This document shows, in pieces, positions 9,828 to 20,777 of a DNA stretch of 64,000 bases. Numbering within the stretch: the first letter of the stretch is position 1; each line of letters opens with the position of its first letter. Location of the stretch: positions 2,454 through 66,453 of the forward strand of contig CAWCMA010000003.1 in assembly GCA_963796565.1 (NCBI GenBank). Reading direction: 5' to 3'. This stretch comes from an uncultured delta proteobacterium. GTDB taxonomy: Bacteria > Desulfobacterota > Binatia > Binatales > Binataceae. A model generated the notes under the pieces. That model was not told where the DNA came from and did no database searches. It saw only the letters and a list, made by a program, of their open reading frames with translations. The position numbers were made by a program, and so were the translations under genes.

Positions 9828-10976
9828 TCATCGGCGTCGTACTTGGAGCGCGTGATGGCATACCGATGTGCCTCGAACGTCTTTCGGGGCGGGCACACGC
9901 TGGCCGCCGTCAGTGCCGAGATTGCCCAGCCGTTGGGTCTGTCGGCCGAAGTCCATGGCGTTGACCCATCCAGCGCCTTCACTGCTGCTGCCTGCGCCAG
10001 CGTTCCCAAGCTGCGCAACTTTATTGAATCCGGTCTGGAGCGCGCTTGTGATGGGTCGAATCACTGTTTGCGCTATGTATGCGGCTTCAAAAGCATGGCT
10101 AAGAGCAAGGCCGATCGTGCCCCCAGCGATTCCTGCTGCCGTATAAGGGACGGCGATACTCACGACCATAAAGACGATGGCGCCCGCTGCGTAGTTGAGC
10201 ATTGCTGACACGGGCAGACTCCCCGAGCAGACGGTTGTGAAGATCGCGCTTGGTGGCAACCCGTAAGTGGTCCACCATGGAAGCGTCGTTGTAACAGGTT
10301 TGCAAGCTGCTAACAGTGCCGAAGCCCATTGGTTCGCCATCTGCACTCCGATGGCGAGCACGAGGTAGAAGAAAAGGAGTCTGACACCGACGCGGAGGAC
10401 ATAGCCGAAATAGCCCTCTGCTGCAGGGGCGGTGAAACGATTCGCGCCTAAACCTAGGAGAAGCACCCCGCCGCCCACCACCAAGTAGGATTCGATCAGA
10501 GTCAGAAGCAGCATTGCTGCCGTGATGACAAATGACAGAAGGACCACGAATGCGGACACGCTTTGAACGATCGCGAGCTCGATGTCGGTCATCAAACTCG
10601 CGTTTGCTGGAGCATTGAAAATGGTCGTGGAAATTTGGCCACCAATTTGCAGCACAGTCTGTGGGCTAAGAGCCGGCAACCCGGTAATTGCAGCGCCGAT
10701 GCCCGAAAAGCTCTTGAGGACTGCATTCATCCAGGAGAATGCGTTCACGATCATCAGGTAAACAAACCCGCCGCTCAGAATATGTTTAATGAGGCGACCC
10801 AAGAAATGTGAGGCGTCAAGCTGACCCTCAGCTGTGAATTGTATCCACGTTACGAGAATGTCTATCAGCAGGAGCGCAATGAAGAGTTTGAGTGCGTAAG
10901 GTTGGATGGCGGCACTGTATTTGAGACCCGCGCTGTAATATTGCGCTGCTATTGCATCGAAGCCGCTCATGATCAT
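9828..10976 (-). CDS. trbL: P-type conjugative transfer protein TrbL/VirB6
   Basis: Polytopic membrane protein. The N-terminus 'MIMSGFDAIAAQYYSAGLKYSAAIQPYALKLF...' is typical of TrbL, and the C-terminal tail is Gly/Ala-rich. It follows trbJ/trbK. The start was chosen at the internal Met (10976) rather than at the track's upstream start (11144). Confidence 0.85.
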   Translation of the reverse strand: MIMSGFDAIAAQYYSAGLKYSAAIQPYALKLFIALLLIDILVTWIQFTAEGQLDASHFLGRLIKHILSGGFVYLMIVNAFSWMNAVLKSFSGIGAAITGLPALSPQTVLQIGGQISTTIFNAPANASLMTDIELAIVQSVSAFVVLLSFVITAAMLLLTLIESYLVVGGGVLLLGLGANRFTAPAAEGYFGYVLRVGVRLLFFYLVLAIGVQMANQWASALLAACKPVTTTLPWWTTYGLPPSAIFTTVCSGSLPVSAMLNYAAGAIVFMVVSIAVPYTAAGIAGGTIGLALSHAFEAAYIAQTVIRPITSALQTGFNKVAQLGNAGAGSSSEGAGWVNAMDFGRQTQRLGNLGTDGGQRVPAPKDVRGTSVCHHALQVRRR

Positions 10977-10999
10977 GCTCCTCCAAAAGACGAATTGTT

Positions 11000-11188
11000 T
11001 TACGGCTGGGGTGGTGGCGCGCCCGGTGTAGCGTTGAGAAAGTTTGGAAGGCCTGACGGTGGGGGAGCTGTGAAGGCCTGATGATGTTCTTCTTCCGCAA
11101 CCCGTCCCTGATAGAGGTGCCAGAGTCCGTAAAGAACGGCACACACGCCGACGAGCGCGAAGACCATCATCATCCTTCTTGCGTTCAT
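11000..11188 (-). CDS. trbK: Small membrane protein in the TrbK (entry-exclusion) position
   Basis: 62 aa with a signal/TM N-terminus and a Pro-rich tail. Located between trbJ and trbL as in P-type trb operons. Confidence 0.4.
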   Translation of the reverse strand: MNARRMMMVFALVGVCAVLYGLWHLYQGRVAEEEHHQAFTAPPPSGLPNFLNATPGAPPPQP

Positions 11189-11315
11189 TCGAACTCTCCT
11201 TCAGAACACTTCATTTAATTGCTACGGCTGTGGCGGCGGCGAACCGGCGGCCGTCTCTAGAAAGTTCGGAGTGCCCTCAGGAGGGGGCGCGGAGAACAGT
11301 GCTTGCGCCTCCAAA

Positions 11316-11984
11316 CTACTCTGGACCTGATGTGTTGACTTGATTTGCTGCCGCTACGTTCTGCGAATTCATCTCGGCCATGACGAGTTGACGCAACATC
11401 TGAACCTGCTGTACCTGCGCGAGCGCGATTTCGTTGCTGACCTGAACCGCCTGCAGATTTCCTATCGCCGTTTGATTCTTGAGCTCAAGGGTTTGCAGCG
11501 ACGCCTGCTCCGCCTGAAAGTTCTGGGCCTGAGCCTGGGCCGAAGCGAGCGCCCCGTTCAGAGTGTTCAGCGTCATGCCGACGGTCGCCTGCGGACTCTG
11601 AACTCCCGCGGTCGAGGCCGCGTTGAAGCCCGGATAGAGTTGCTGAAACTCCTGCGTCAGCCCCTGAAAGGTGTACGAAAGCCCTTCCTGCTGGTTGATC
11701 AGATTTCCGAGGTTACCGAGCAGGTTCTGGTTGGATTGCCAGACTCCCGCACCACCGCCGGTCGTATTCTTAATCGCGTACTGAAGCTGCTGAGCCAAGT
11801 TGGTAACGGTGGCGGTCTCCTGCTGAAGCTGCTGCAGCTGACGGGCGAACATCTGTGGGTCGAAGACGATCTGAGTGCCGCCTCCAAACTGCGTGTGCGC
11901 CGGCGCTGGCTTTCCGAACAGACAAATCAACGCGGCCACGACCGCAAGGAATTGTGGAGAGCGTTTTGTGCGATTCATTGACAT
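11316..11984 (-). CDS. trbJ: Conjugal transfer protein TrbJ (VirB5-like)
   Basis: Signal peptide followed by a Q/L-rich coiled-coil ('QQLQQETATVTNLAQQLQYAIKNTTGG...'), typical of TrbJ. Positioned after trbE. Confidence 0.8.
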   Translation of the reverse strand: MSMNRTKRSPQFLAVVAALICLFGKPAPAHTQFGGGTQIVFDPQMFARQLQQLQQETATVTNLAQQLQYAIKNTTGGGAGVWQSNQNLLGNLGNLINQQEGLSYTFQGLTQEFQQLYPGFNAASTAGVQSPQATVGMTLNTLNGALASAQAQAQNFQAEQASLQTLELKNQTAIGNLQAVQVSNEIALAQVQQVQMLRQLVMAEMNSQNVAAANQVNTSGPE

Positions 11985-14494
11985 ATCTCCGGTTGATTGA
12001 GCTTCCCGTTGGCATGGAACGAATTCCCGTTCGCTCCGATCAACGCTACGACCCGTGGATCAGATTGTGGGTAGAGCTTCTCGAGGTACTCGGCCCAGTC
12101 CGGCAGTCCACGAATGCGAAGCCATTCAACAGTCCAACGGTCGCCATGCTGCTCGATCATTCGCCGCGCGGAAAGCACGTCGTCCTTCGAGCCGGCGCCT
12201 ATGAAGGCGAGCGCCGCAGGACCAAGCGAGAACTGAAACAGCCGCCGTCCAAGCGGCGAGACGTAATAGTAGTGTCGTTTGGGCGTGGCATCAGCGACAA
12301 TATCGATTTGCCGATCTGAGAGTCCGAACCGTCGGTACATCTCACGGCTCGCGGCATTTTTCGCTTCTGCGTTCGGCAGATAAAGCTTCGTCGGACACGA
12401 CTCCAGAATCACGTCGCGATGAGGCGAATTGGCGATCTCCGCGAGACTTTGGGTCGCCAGCACGACAGCGGCGTTTTTCTTGCGTAGGGTGCGCAGCCAC
12501 TCCTCGACCTTCGCGCCAAAGACGCTATTGGTGAGCATGATCCATGCTTCATCGAGCACGATCAGCGTAGGTCTGCCGTCGAGTCGCTGATCGATGCGAT
12601 GAAAAAGATACGTGGCGACAGGCACGACGACTTTCGGTCCCATCGCCATGAGCGTTTCGAGCTCAAAGGTGACGAAGCGCCCTTCGAGCAGCACGTCGTG
12701 GTCGGCGTCAAGAAAGCGCCCGAGCGGACCGGCGAGTGAGAAGGCATTCAGACCGTCCCGCACCGCATTGTCCTGAACCTGGGTGACGAGATTGCTGATG
12801 GTGCGCTGCTCTGGCGGACCTTCGCCGACAAGTTCAAGCGCCCGCCACAATGCCTTGCGCTGCGCGGGAACCAGTCGAACGCTCTGAAGTTCCAGCCAGT
12901 CTTCGAGGAGACTCTGCAGCTTCATGCGATCGGTTTCGTCGTCGACGCGCGCGAGCGGTTGCAGCGGCACCTCGTCCTCGCCGAGGTCGAGGTGTTGTCC
13001 GCCGAGTGCCTTGGTCAGAACGAATGCCGAGTAACCCTTGTCGAAGAAGAAGACCTGGCCGTCGGGAACTGCGCGGAAGTTTGCCGCGATCGCTCCGAGA
13101 GCGACGCTCTTGCCGCTGCCCGTAGGACCGTAGATGCCGGTGTGACCGGTGTCCCCGACGTGCAGGTTGAGCCGGAACGGCGTGCTGCCGGTCGTCGCGC
13201 CATAACAAAGCGCGGGCGTGTTCTTCGGATAGTAAGGGCACGGATTTATCGCGAGCCCTGGCCAGATACTTGTCAGCGGGAGAATGTCGGCGAGGTTCTG
13301 AGTGTTGACCAGCGGGCGGCGCACATCGTACCAGCCGTGCCCTGGCAGCGAACCGAGCCATGCTTCGACCGCGTTGATCGATTCGATCCTGGGATCGAAG
13401 CCCATGTTCTGGCAGACCTTGAACACGAGCTGCGCGTTCTCATCCGCAACCTCAGCACGGTCCTCCGTGATGATCACTTTTGGAGTGACGTAGCAGTAGC
13501 GGACCGCTCCGCCCTCGGCCTCCATGATCGCCTCGTCAGCGTCGGCAGCCATTTTGAGTGCATGCTGGTTTTGAAAGGCTGCGCCGGCGCCGGAACCGAA
13601 GTGCTCGCTGATGATGCCGCGCAGCCCGAGTCGCTTCTGAAACCAGTTGCGCCGGTAAACGGTCAGTTGGTTAATCGCCGTTCTCGGTCCGACCGGAATC
13701 CCACGAATCGAGTAGCGATAACATATAGGCAGTTCGCTCAGGAACGCGGCCATTTCCGCAAATGAGAAGGGCGGAAAACCAGCCAGAGCGACGACGCGGA
13801 CGTGTCTTCCGCCGACGCGGGGTTTGAATCCTGCGATCAGGTCCTGATTGCCGAGAATGGCATCCAAGTAGGTAGGCGTTCGCGGCACGGCGATCTCGCA
13901 TATTCGCCCGTTTATGCAGCTCGCGAGATGGGAAAGCAGGGCAGGCATTTGAAGCGCGGTCAGCTTCCACACTGGACTGATCGCATCTTCGAACTCGCGG
14001 AGTTTCTGCTTGAACCAGTTGTGTTGTCGCCTCCAGTGGGTATGCTTCGGCGCACCCGAGAGAAACACGCCGGCGATCCGCGTCTGCGCATCACTGGGCG
14101 GACGATAGGTGATCGTCAGAACGCATCTCGTCTCGAAATGCTGACCCTCGGCGGAGTATTGAATCTCGCGCTCTCGGTCGAGCGCCGTGCTGACCGGATC
14201 GGGAAACGTTCGACTTGAATATTCGACGCTCGGATAGCGGAACAGGTCGATGTTGTACTGGAACCCGTCATCGAGACGCGCGAGCGCTCGATTGCCCTGG
14301 GCGCGATGAGCGTCGAGTTCCTCGACGCTCGCCGAGTTGAGGTCAAGACCCGAGCACTCGAAAGCCGACAGAAAGGCGCCATCTTTGAGCGCGATCGTGT
14401 AGTCGTCGACTGGGATTGCGTAGTTAAGCTGATCCGGCAGCCCGAGCAGCTTGTCGCGCTTACGTCTTAAATCCTTGAACTCTTTGAGAAACAT
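11975..14494 (-). CDS. trbE: Conjugal transfer ATPase TrbE/VirB4
   Basis: 839 aa with Walker A 'GPTGSGKSV' and Walker B 'LIVLDEAW'. VirB4-type architecture. Intact. Confidence 0.95.
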   Translation of the reverse strand: MFLKEFKDLRRKRDKLLGLPDQLNYAIPVDDYTIALKDGAFLSAFECSGLDLNSASVEELDAHRAQGNRALARLDDGFQYNIDLFRYPSVEYSSRTFPDPVSTALDREREIQYSAEGQHFETRCVLTITYRPPSDAQTRIAGVFLSGAPKHTHWRRQHNWFKQKLREFEDAISPVWKLTALQMPALLSHLASCINGRICEIAVPRTPTYLDAILGNQDLIAGFKPRVGGRHVRVVALAGFPPFSFAEMAAFLSELPICYRYSIRGIPVGPRTAINQLTVYRRNWFQKRLGLRGIISEHFGSGAGAAFQNQHALKMAADADEAIMEAEGGAVRYCYVTPKVIITEDRAEVADENAQLVFKVCQNMGFDPRIESINAVEAWLGSLPGHGWYDVRRPLVNTQNLADILPLTSIWPGLAINPCPYYPKNTPALCYGATTGSTPFRLNLHVGDTGHTGIYGPTGSGKSVALGAIAANFRAVPDGQVFFFDKGYSAFVLTKALGGQHLDLGEDEVPLQPLARVDDETDRMKLQSLLEDWLELQSVRLVPAQRKALWRALELVGEGPPEQRTISNLVTQVQDNAVRDGLNAFSLAGPLGRFLDADHDVLLEGRFVTFELETLMAMGPKVVVPVATYLFHRIDQRLDGRPTLIVLDEAWIMLTNSVFGAKVEEWLRTLRKKNAAVVLATQSLAEIANSPHRDVILESCPTKLYLPNAEAKNAASREMYRRFGLSDRQIDIVADATPKRHYYYVSPLGRRLFQFSLGPAALAFIGAGSKDDVLSARRMIEQHGDRWTVEWLRIRGLPDWAEYLEKLYPQSDPRVVALIGANGNSFHANGKLNQPEICQ

Positions 14495-14512
14495 TGTTCC
14501 ACCTCTCCACCA

Positions 14513-14884
14513 TTACGCGCGGATCTCCTTTGGTATCGGTACGGACGGCCGGATTCGTGGTGGCGGCGCAGTAACTGAGGCGCGAGCGGGATAGTAGTCC
14601 TGCTGATGCACGTGCCGGACGTAGACCCGGCTGAGCTGGGGATCGAACTTCGCCGCCTGAACCAGCGCCCAATGGCCAACCGTGAGCAGGAACGTTCCCA
14701 TGGCAATCGTGTACCAGTGGAGCCCGCCGCCAAACACCAAAGCGGCGGCTGTGATCCAGTTGGCGATCGCCAGAGGCCGTTCCGCGCCAGCGAGAAGAAT
14801 TGGCTGGGTGAGCGATTGATGAATCGCGCTGACCCGCCGCTCCGCTTCGCCCATCACCCTATCCTCCCTAGAAGAGCGCTCCAC
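14513..14884 (-). CDS. trbD: Conjugal transfer protein TrbD/VirB3
   Basis: '...PILLAGAERPLAIANWITAAALVFGGGLHWYTIAMGTFLLTVGHWALVQAAKFDPQLSRVYVRHVHQQDYYPAR' matches the TrbD pattern (.. RYxxxYPAR). Confidence 0.85.
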   Translation of the reverse strand: MERSSREDRVMGEAERRVSAIHQSLTQPILLAGAERPLAIANWITAAALVFGGGLHWYTIAMGTFLLTVGHWALVQAAKFDPQLSRVYVRHVHQQDYYPARASVTAPPPRIRPSVPIPKEIRA

Positions 14885-15217
14885 CGAGTGGGAATAAGGT
14901 CGTCATCAGCTGTGTTGCGCCCAGAGCGCAGGAGCCGCCGAACGCAAGCGACGACATTTTCCGCACGCCGGTTCCGTGTTCGCTCACTGACCACATGATC
15001 CCGGTGCCGATGATCGCTGCGGTAGTGATCGCGTGAGCGACCGGACCCTGAAGGTCGTTCTGCAGAGTCGTGAGCGGCGCGTCCCACGGCAAGCGCCGCC
15101 TGCGGCGACAGCCGCGAACGCCTTGACTGGCCATACGAATGTGACGACCCCGTATGCATAAGCAATCGACGACGCCCATTTCCTCCACGCACTTTTACTT
15201 TCTTGCAGCCGCTTCAT
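14868..15217 (-). pseudogene. trbC: TrbC/VirB2 pilin gene with a -1 frameshift between signal peptide and pilin core
   Basis: GGAGG RBS then ATG at 15217. '[41 protein letters not shown]' (signal) is in one frame. '[40 protein letters not shown]...SLAFGGSCALGATQLMTTLF' (pilin core) is in the -1 frame. The switch is at ~15091-15102, in a GGCGGCGC run. Confidence 0.7.
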
Positions 15218-15249
15218 TTCACGTACCTCCTTGGTGATCGAATAAAACC

Positions 15250-16239
15250 TCAAGCCGTGATGGCTTCGAGGCCTTCATCCAGCTTCACAGGCGCAAGCGC
15301 GAATCCGTCGCGCGCGTTGTATCCAGCGACGCGAACAACTTCCGTGATCCGTCGTCCCGCGGAACTGCGGACGATGAATACGAGCAGGTTGATGGTTTCG
15401 GCTATGAGTTCCGGTTGCGGTGGCACGCCCGCCTCCTGCACGAGACTGGAGAGCCTCGTCAGCGCAGCTCGCGCGCTATTCGCGTGGATCGTGGTGACTC
15501 CCCCCGGATGGCCGGTATTCCATGCCTTCAGCAAAGCGAGCGCTTCGGCGCCGCGGACCTCACCGATGATGATGCGGTCGGGACGTAGCCGCATCGTCGT
15601 GCGGACCAGGCGTGTCATGTCGGCGCTCTCAGCTGTGTGAAGTTGGACCAGATTGTGAGCGCGACACTGGATTTCGAGCGTATCCTCGATGATGACGTAG
15701 CGTTCGTTCGGGTCGGAGCGCTCGACCATTTCATTGATCATCGCTCCGGCGAGAGTTGTCTTGCCCGAGCCGGTGCCGCCGGCAACGACGACATTCAGAC
15801 GCCGGTCAATTGCGTTGCGCAGAACTTCCGCATGGATTTCGCGCAGGATATCGTCGCGAACGTAGTCGTCGAGTGTGTAAAGCACTTGCGCAGGCTTGCG
15901 CATTACGCAGCAGGGTTTTCTTGCGACTGGTGGAAGCAGGCCTTCGAATCGAATGCCCTCGATCTGCAGCTCGCCCTCCACGATCGGACTGCTCGCGTTG
16001 ACTACCGTTCCGAGTGACGCCGCCACGGTTCCGATGAGGCTCTCCACCTGCGACGAGGCGAGCCGCAGACCGGCTTCGTGCATCCCCTTGCCGTAGGATT
16101 CGAACCAGACGCGCCCGTCCTCATTGACGATGATCTCGGTGATCTGAGGGTCGGCGATCGCCGCCAGAATTTTTGCCCCGAGCTGCCGTCTGAGCAGTTC
16201 GTCCAGGCGACGCTCCTGAAGCTGTTGTGCCGCGATCAT
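15250..16239 (-). CDS. trbB: Conjugal transfer ATPase TrbB/VirB11
   Basis: Walker A '[12 protein letters not shown]'. VirB11/GspE-like secretion ATPase. Confidence 0.95.
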   Translation of the reverse strand: MIAAQQLQERRLDELLRRQLGAKILAAIADPQITEIIVNEDGRVWFESYGKGMHEAGLRLASSQVESLIGTVAASLGTVVNASSPIVEGELQIEGIRFEGLLPPVARKPCCVMRKPAQVLYTLDDYVRDDILREIHAEVLRNAIDRRLNVVVAGGTGSGKTTLAGAMINEMVERSDPNERYVIIEDTLEIQCRAHNLVQLHTAESADMTRLVRTTMRLRPDRIIIGEVRGAEALALLKAWNTGHPGGVTTIHANSARAALTRLSSLVQEAGVPPQPELIAETINLLVFIVRSSAGRRITEVVRVAGYNARDGFALAPVKLDEGLEAITA

Positions 16240-16679
16240 GCGGACTCTCCGTTGCGGCCGGCACCGCTTTTTTGCGCTGGCATTGGCTCTTCCATCCGTT
16301 TCAGCGTTTCCTCCACTTCGGCTCGCAACCCGCGATGGCGCCGCTGGCCTGAAGCGAGCGCCTGTTTGCGTTGCGCTTCGGGTATTTCGGGCAAATGGCT
16401 CAGCATGCTCAGAGCGAACTGATCGACCATCGCAAGCAGGGTAGTGAGTTGGTGAGCGAGCGGTTTCAGGGTTTCCGCCATGGAAGAGCGGCTCGCCTGA
16501 ATGATTCGTTTCTCAGCCGCTGCGAGAGTTGCGTCCGAGAAGGTCAGCCCGGAGCCACCCTCGGATTGAAAGAGACGCTCCTTCACGTATCGCGACAGGG
16601 TGATGCCGCGCTCATCGGCTTCGTCGCGCAGTCGATGAAATTCCTCTTCACTCAGGTAAGCAGTGAGTTGTCGTCTCAC
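16236..16679 (-). CDS. CopG/ribbon-helix-helix DNA-binding protein (the small regulator found between traG and trbB in Tn4371-type ICEs)
   Basis: 'MRRQLTAYLSEEEFHRLRDEADERGITLSRYVKERLF' is an RHH fold motif. It overlaps the trbB start by 4 nt. Confidence 0.7.
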   Translation of the reverse strand: MRRQLTAYLSEEEFHRLRDEADERGITLSRYVKERLFQSEGGSGLTFSDATLAAAEKRIIQASRSSMAETLKPLAHQLTTLLAMVDQFALSMLSHLPEIPEAQRKQALASGQRRHRGLRAEVEETLKRMEEPMPAQKSGAGRNGESA

Positions 16680-16895
16680 AGTAATCTCTCCTTAACGCCT
16701 TCCTCTTTCGGCGCGTCGGCCGCGTCCTTCCCGTTCTCAACGGCGAATTTCAGAAACGAGAGCTGCTCCGCGGGCGCTGGCTTGACGCGGCGAGGCTTTG
16801 CCGGTGACGACCTGAACGGGCTTCTGGTCAGTCCTGCCGCTCTTGCGGCGCGTACTTCTCCGTGCTGTCCTTCGGTTCCTCGTCATCGTCGTCGG

Positions 16896-18810
16896 CTACC
16901 GGCGGAGCGTATTCGATGCGATCGCTCTTCGGTGGCGGAGCAATCTGCGCAGCCGTTTGAAAGATGGATCGGAGTAGTAGCGAAGTTTCGTCGCTCGAAT
17001 CGCTGGCCGGCCACTGGTGAAGATCAACGCCTCGTTGGAACCCAGCCGCATCGCTTCGTCGGGCGTGATCAGCGGCCTCGCCACTTCCGGCTCCGAGACG
17101 CTCGCACCCGAGCTCGATACGGTCCGATGCGCATGGCGCACTGTGGTTTCCCCGGTCATCTGCGAGAGCAGCCGCGCCGTTTCGATCCGATTCGGAGCGA
17201 ATGCGACGCGCGTATGGCAGTTGGAGGTTATCGCCTCATCGTGCCCGTATGCGGCGTGGATCTGACTCAGATCCTGCGCGATCAGGCACGCTTTGATTCC
17301 GTAGCCGGCGACCAACGACAGGGACTCTGCGAACACGTCGAGCCGCCCGAGACTCGGGAACTCGTCGATCATGAGCAGCAGGCGATGGCGATATCCGGTC
17401 ACCGCTCGGCCGTTTCGAAATTCCAGATGTTCGGTAAGACGATGAAGGATCTGACCCAGCATTAGCCGAATCACCGGCTTGAGGCTGTTCTTGTGTGCGA
17501 GTGGGACCGCGATGTAGAGCGACACGGGCCGTTCGTGATTCATCAGATCTGTAATTCGAAAGTCGGAGACCGCGGTGTTCGCGGCAATGACCGGATCGCG
17601 GTAAAGCTCGAGGAATCCCTTCACCTCCGAGATCACGCCCGAGCGTTCGTTCGGGCTCTTGTCGAGCATGCTGCGCATCGCGCGCGCGATGATCGGATGC
17701 GTCCTGGTCGGAATGCCGCGCGAATCGGTCCAGCCCAGCGAGCCGGATGGATCGTGCTCGGCCCGCATGATCTGCTGCATGGTGTCGTCGATCGGCTGGC
17801 CCGGATCGCACAGGCGCGCTTCCAGTCCGCTGAGAGTCTTGTCCCGTCCGGCATAAAGCTGATCCAGGATCATGCCGGTGAGGAAGGCCGAGCCTTCGCG
17901 CGACCAGTGATCGGGCAGCCCTTTCCCGTCCGGATCGATGATCATTTGCACGATGTTGCGGACATCGCGGATTTCGTTGGGTGTGCCGGAGCCTGACTTC
18001 CGCGAGCGGATTGTAACGAGCGCCGTCGCTGTCGGCTGAGGCGGGTGCGAACTTGAGACAAAGCTGGCCCATTCGTTTCCGAGCTCCGGCCGTGAGCGCC
18101 CAGTTCTCTCCTTTCAGGTCGTGAATCAGGACTGAGTACGGCCAGCTGAGCAGTGTGGGAATCACGATGCCGACGCCCTTGCCGCTCCGCGTTGGCGCGA
18201 AGACCAGGACATGCGCGGGGCCACAATCGCGTATGAATGAAGCTCGTCCCCACTCCCGCCAAACGCCGAGATAGATTCCAGCGCGGCGGGCCCTTGGTCT
18301 CAGAATCCGCAAGCACACACCGATTCCTCGCAGCCATTCGCGTATTGACCTGCGCGCATCGATCAATCGAGCGGCTCTCAGATCACGCGCGGTTGCCCAG
18401 CGCGCGGAACCGTGAAGGTCAGAGACGTTCGCGAACCAACCATGCCGCACCATCGCGATAGCCGCGCAACAAACCGCCGTCACGACCGCCATTGGGTAGA
18501 GCGCCTCGCGAGCGCACTCTTTCCAAAGCGATTGCAGTTGCGGAGCCCAGTACCATCGGGTCCACCAGACAATCCACGACCACGGCGCGTATACTGCTCC
18601 GCCCCTCAGGTGGAAAAGCGGTTGCCCCAGCCACGACGCATGGCGGAGCACGCTCGCCGCGTGCTGTGTTGTCACCGAGTTGATCGCGATGAACGCTCCG
18701 ACCAGTGAAAGCACGGCGCGCCGTTTCGCACGGGCGAGCCTCGCATCCGCTGAGAATCCGGGAATTCGATAGGGACGCTGTTCAGCCATTGCGCTCCCTC
18801 TCCCGTTCAC
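16896..18810 (-). pseudogene. traG: Type IV coupling protein TraG/VirD4 split by a +1 frameshift
   Basis: The N-terminal frame (17236..18810) carries TM helices and Walker A 'VFAPTRSGKGVGIVIPTLL' up to '...ARYNPLAEVRL', then becomes Arg/Pro-rich nonsense. The C-terminal frame (16896..17951) continues 'GTPNEIRDVRNIVQMIIDPDGKGLPDHW...LLLMIDEFPSLG...CLIAQDLSQI'. There is one extra C at ~17986-17991. Confidence 0.85.
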
Positions 18811-19813
18811 GGACCCGATCCATGCCGGAATCGATTGTGCGCTGGCGGCGCGAACGACTCTTGATCACGTCTTTGGAGACTTGGCGCTCACGCAGCTCGC
18901 GTTCATGGTTCTGCGAAAGCTCCCAGCTTCGCTCATCGACGCGCTTGGCAAGTCCTAGCCTTGAAAGAAATTGCAGGCGATCGATCTCTTGTTCAGCTCG
19001 AATCCGGGCTCCCTCGCTGCGCGGTTGGGACTGGTCATACGCGACGAGGCCATTTCCGTCGGCCTTTCTCTGCAACGCGCGGTCGATCTCGGTCCACTGC
19101 TCGCGCCTGACAGCGCGCTCACGCGACCGCAACATCTCGGGCTCCAGCCGCGGACCCAATTCCCGCGTCGCGATCTCCTGGCTCCGGATACGCAGCCCTG
19201 AGCGCAAATACTCGCGGTTGATCTCCAGTGGTCTGCCGTTTTCGCGCACTCCACGAACGAGCAGATGAACATGCGCATCGTCGGTGTTGTGGTGATCGAT
19301 CGCGACCCATTCCAGCTTCGTGTCGAGGTCGCGTTCCATCTGGCCGACCAGCTCGCGAACGTGGTCGCGAAGATTGAGGCGATCGGCATCCTCGGGCGAA
19401 ACGATGAACCGCCACATGAGTTCGTCGCTCTTCTCCCAGTCTCTGACCGTGGCAAGCATGTCGATGTCTTCACGGTCCGCATCGAAGCCCAATCCCTTCG
19501 CCATTTCCTGCTGCGCGCCCGGCCGCGACAAGTAGCGCGCATGGGCAGCCCACGCGCCGCTCCGGCGGTTGCGCGAGAAAGAGGCCTTGACCACGCTGCG
19601 CCGCGCATATGCCGGTGGTTCCGCGATCCGCACTCGCGCCGCGCGCGCGCCGCTTAGACTTCCGCTCGGCTGCTGCCGTCGCAGCCCTTGCCGTATGCCT
19701 ATCCGCCGCAACGCGCGCGCCCACCACGGCACGAGTTTGCGCGGACGCTCCGCATGCTCGTGGCGGAGCTTGATATCGACCTCTTTCTGGCGGAGGAACC
19801 TAGGCCGTTTCAT
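18782..19813 (-). CDS. Relaxase (VirD2-like/DUF3363-type mobilization nuclease), possibly short or truncated
   Basis: 'SVVKASFSRNRRSGAWAAHARYLSRPG...WRFIVSPEDADRL' matches the DUF3363/RlxS-like pattern. The histidine triad 'AIDHHNTDDAHVHLLV' matches relaxase motif III (HxDxxHxH). At 343 aa it is shorter than typical ~600-aa homologues. Confidence 0.75.
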   Translation of the reverse strand: MKRPRFLRQKEVDIKLRHEHAERPRKLVPWWARALRRIGIRQGLRRQQPSGSLSGARAARVRIAEPPAYARRSVVKASFSRNRRSGAWAAHARYLSRPGAQQEMAKGLGFDADREDIDMLATVRDWEKSDELMWRFIVSPEDADRLNLRDHVRELVGQMERDLDTKLEWVAIDHHNTDDAHVHLLVRGVRENGRPLEINREYLRSGLRIRSQEIATRELGPRLEPEMLRSRERAVRREQWTEIDRALQRKADGNGLVAYDQSQPRSEGARIRAEQEIDRLQFLSRLGLAKRVDERSWELSQNHERELRERQVSKDVIKSRSRRQRTIDSGMDRVRERERERNG

Positions 19814-20210
19814 CGCACACCTCGGTCAACGCCTCGCTGAGGGCGAGTACCAGTTTGGTCGGACTCTCCGGCGCCCGCCCGCCGAGCGCTTCGATGATCT
19901 CGCGCAACTGCCCGCTGCTGAGCGTGATCGCGTGCAGATCCTGCGCGCGCCGCCATGACTTCCACGCGCGCTTGCCGGTCGCGCGTTCGTCGAGCTTCTT
20001 CCGCCCGATCGTCGCAACGTGCGCCCGCTGCGCGGGCGTAAGGTCGCCAGCCTCCTGTGCGACGCTGAGCAGGGCGCCCAGCAGAAAGTCGGGCGGCTCC
20101 AGATCGAGGCCTGCCAGCGCGATCAATCCGCCGAGGTTGGCGAGATGATGCACGCGCAGTCCCTGCTCGGGGCTGTGACTGTTGCCATTTCCATTTCCGT
20201 TGCTGTTCAT
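19800..20210 (-). CDS. Hypothetical conjugation-associated protein (136 aa) between traF and the relaxase
   Basis: Starts 'MNSNGNGNGNSHSPEQ...' 4 nt after the traF stop. No recognisable motif. Its position suggests a relaxosome accessory protein. Confidence 0.4.
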   Translation of the reverse strand: MNSNGNGNGNSHSPEQGLRVHHLANLGGLIALAGLDLEPPDFLLGALLSVAQEAGDLTPAQRAHVATIGRKKLDERATGKRAWKSWRRAQDLHAITLSSGQLREIIEALGGRAPESPTKLVLALSEALTEVCDETA

Positions 20211-20215
20211 GGCAT

Positions 20216-20777
20216 TCACCACGTCACGACCGGTTCGATTTCTCCGCGAACGTTCGCGAGCGGAATCGGACCGAAGTAGCGCGAGTCCCAGCTCCGGCGA
20301 TCGTTGAAGCCGAACAGCCACACCTGGCCGGCTGCCGACTCGATGGCTGCCCCACGCGACATGCGGAAGCGGGCGGTGTGCGCTGTCATGGGTGGCAACT
20401 CTGCTGCGCGCGAACCGTGCGCCGTTCACCGCAACCCATCCGGGTTCGATCTCGACGCTATCGCCGGGGAGAGCACCCACGATCTTGCCCACCGGCTCCG
20501 CGTTGCCGGCGCACGCGCCAGTGCGCAGATAGCCGCGCGCGAGACCCTCCTGGGCGATCGGGATCGGCAGGCATGCCGCAACCAATTCGCCACGCTCAAT
20601 CCCGTGAGCGACGACACGATAGACGCCTGCCGGTGCGGCGCTGTCCGTGTTCGAGATCAGTACGCCGAGTGCATTGCCGACTGCGATTAAGAGCGCTGCT
20701 GGCGATCGCAATTCCGGCCATCGCTCCAATGGGTCCGCGAGCGCCTTCCAATTGTTGAAAATGAATGCGCTGGGCAA
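20216..20777 (-). pseudogene. traF: TraF-type S26 signal peptidase (pilin maturation) with an internal frameshift
   Basis: N-terminal frame: '...ACLPIPIAQEGLARGYLRTGACAGNAEPVGKIVGALPGDSVEIEPGWVAVNG...VATHDSAHRPLP'. The peptidase box E 'SWDSRYFGPIPLANVRGEIEPVVTW*' lies in a different frame (60-aa ORF 20216..20398). The frame switch is at ~20340-20380. Confidence 0.75.

Noticed and set aside
18955-19608. 217-aa minus-strand ORF overlapping the relaxase in another frame, and the 22039-22662 207-aa ORF
   Set aside because: Arg-rich, out-of-frame shadows. Only the first ~20 codons of 22039-22662 ('MATADVIQEQEEQESGAS') are real; they are the trbI N-terminus.
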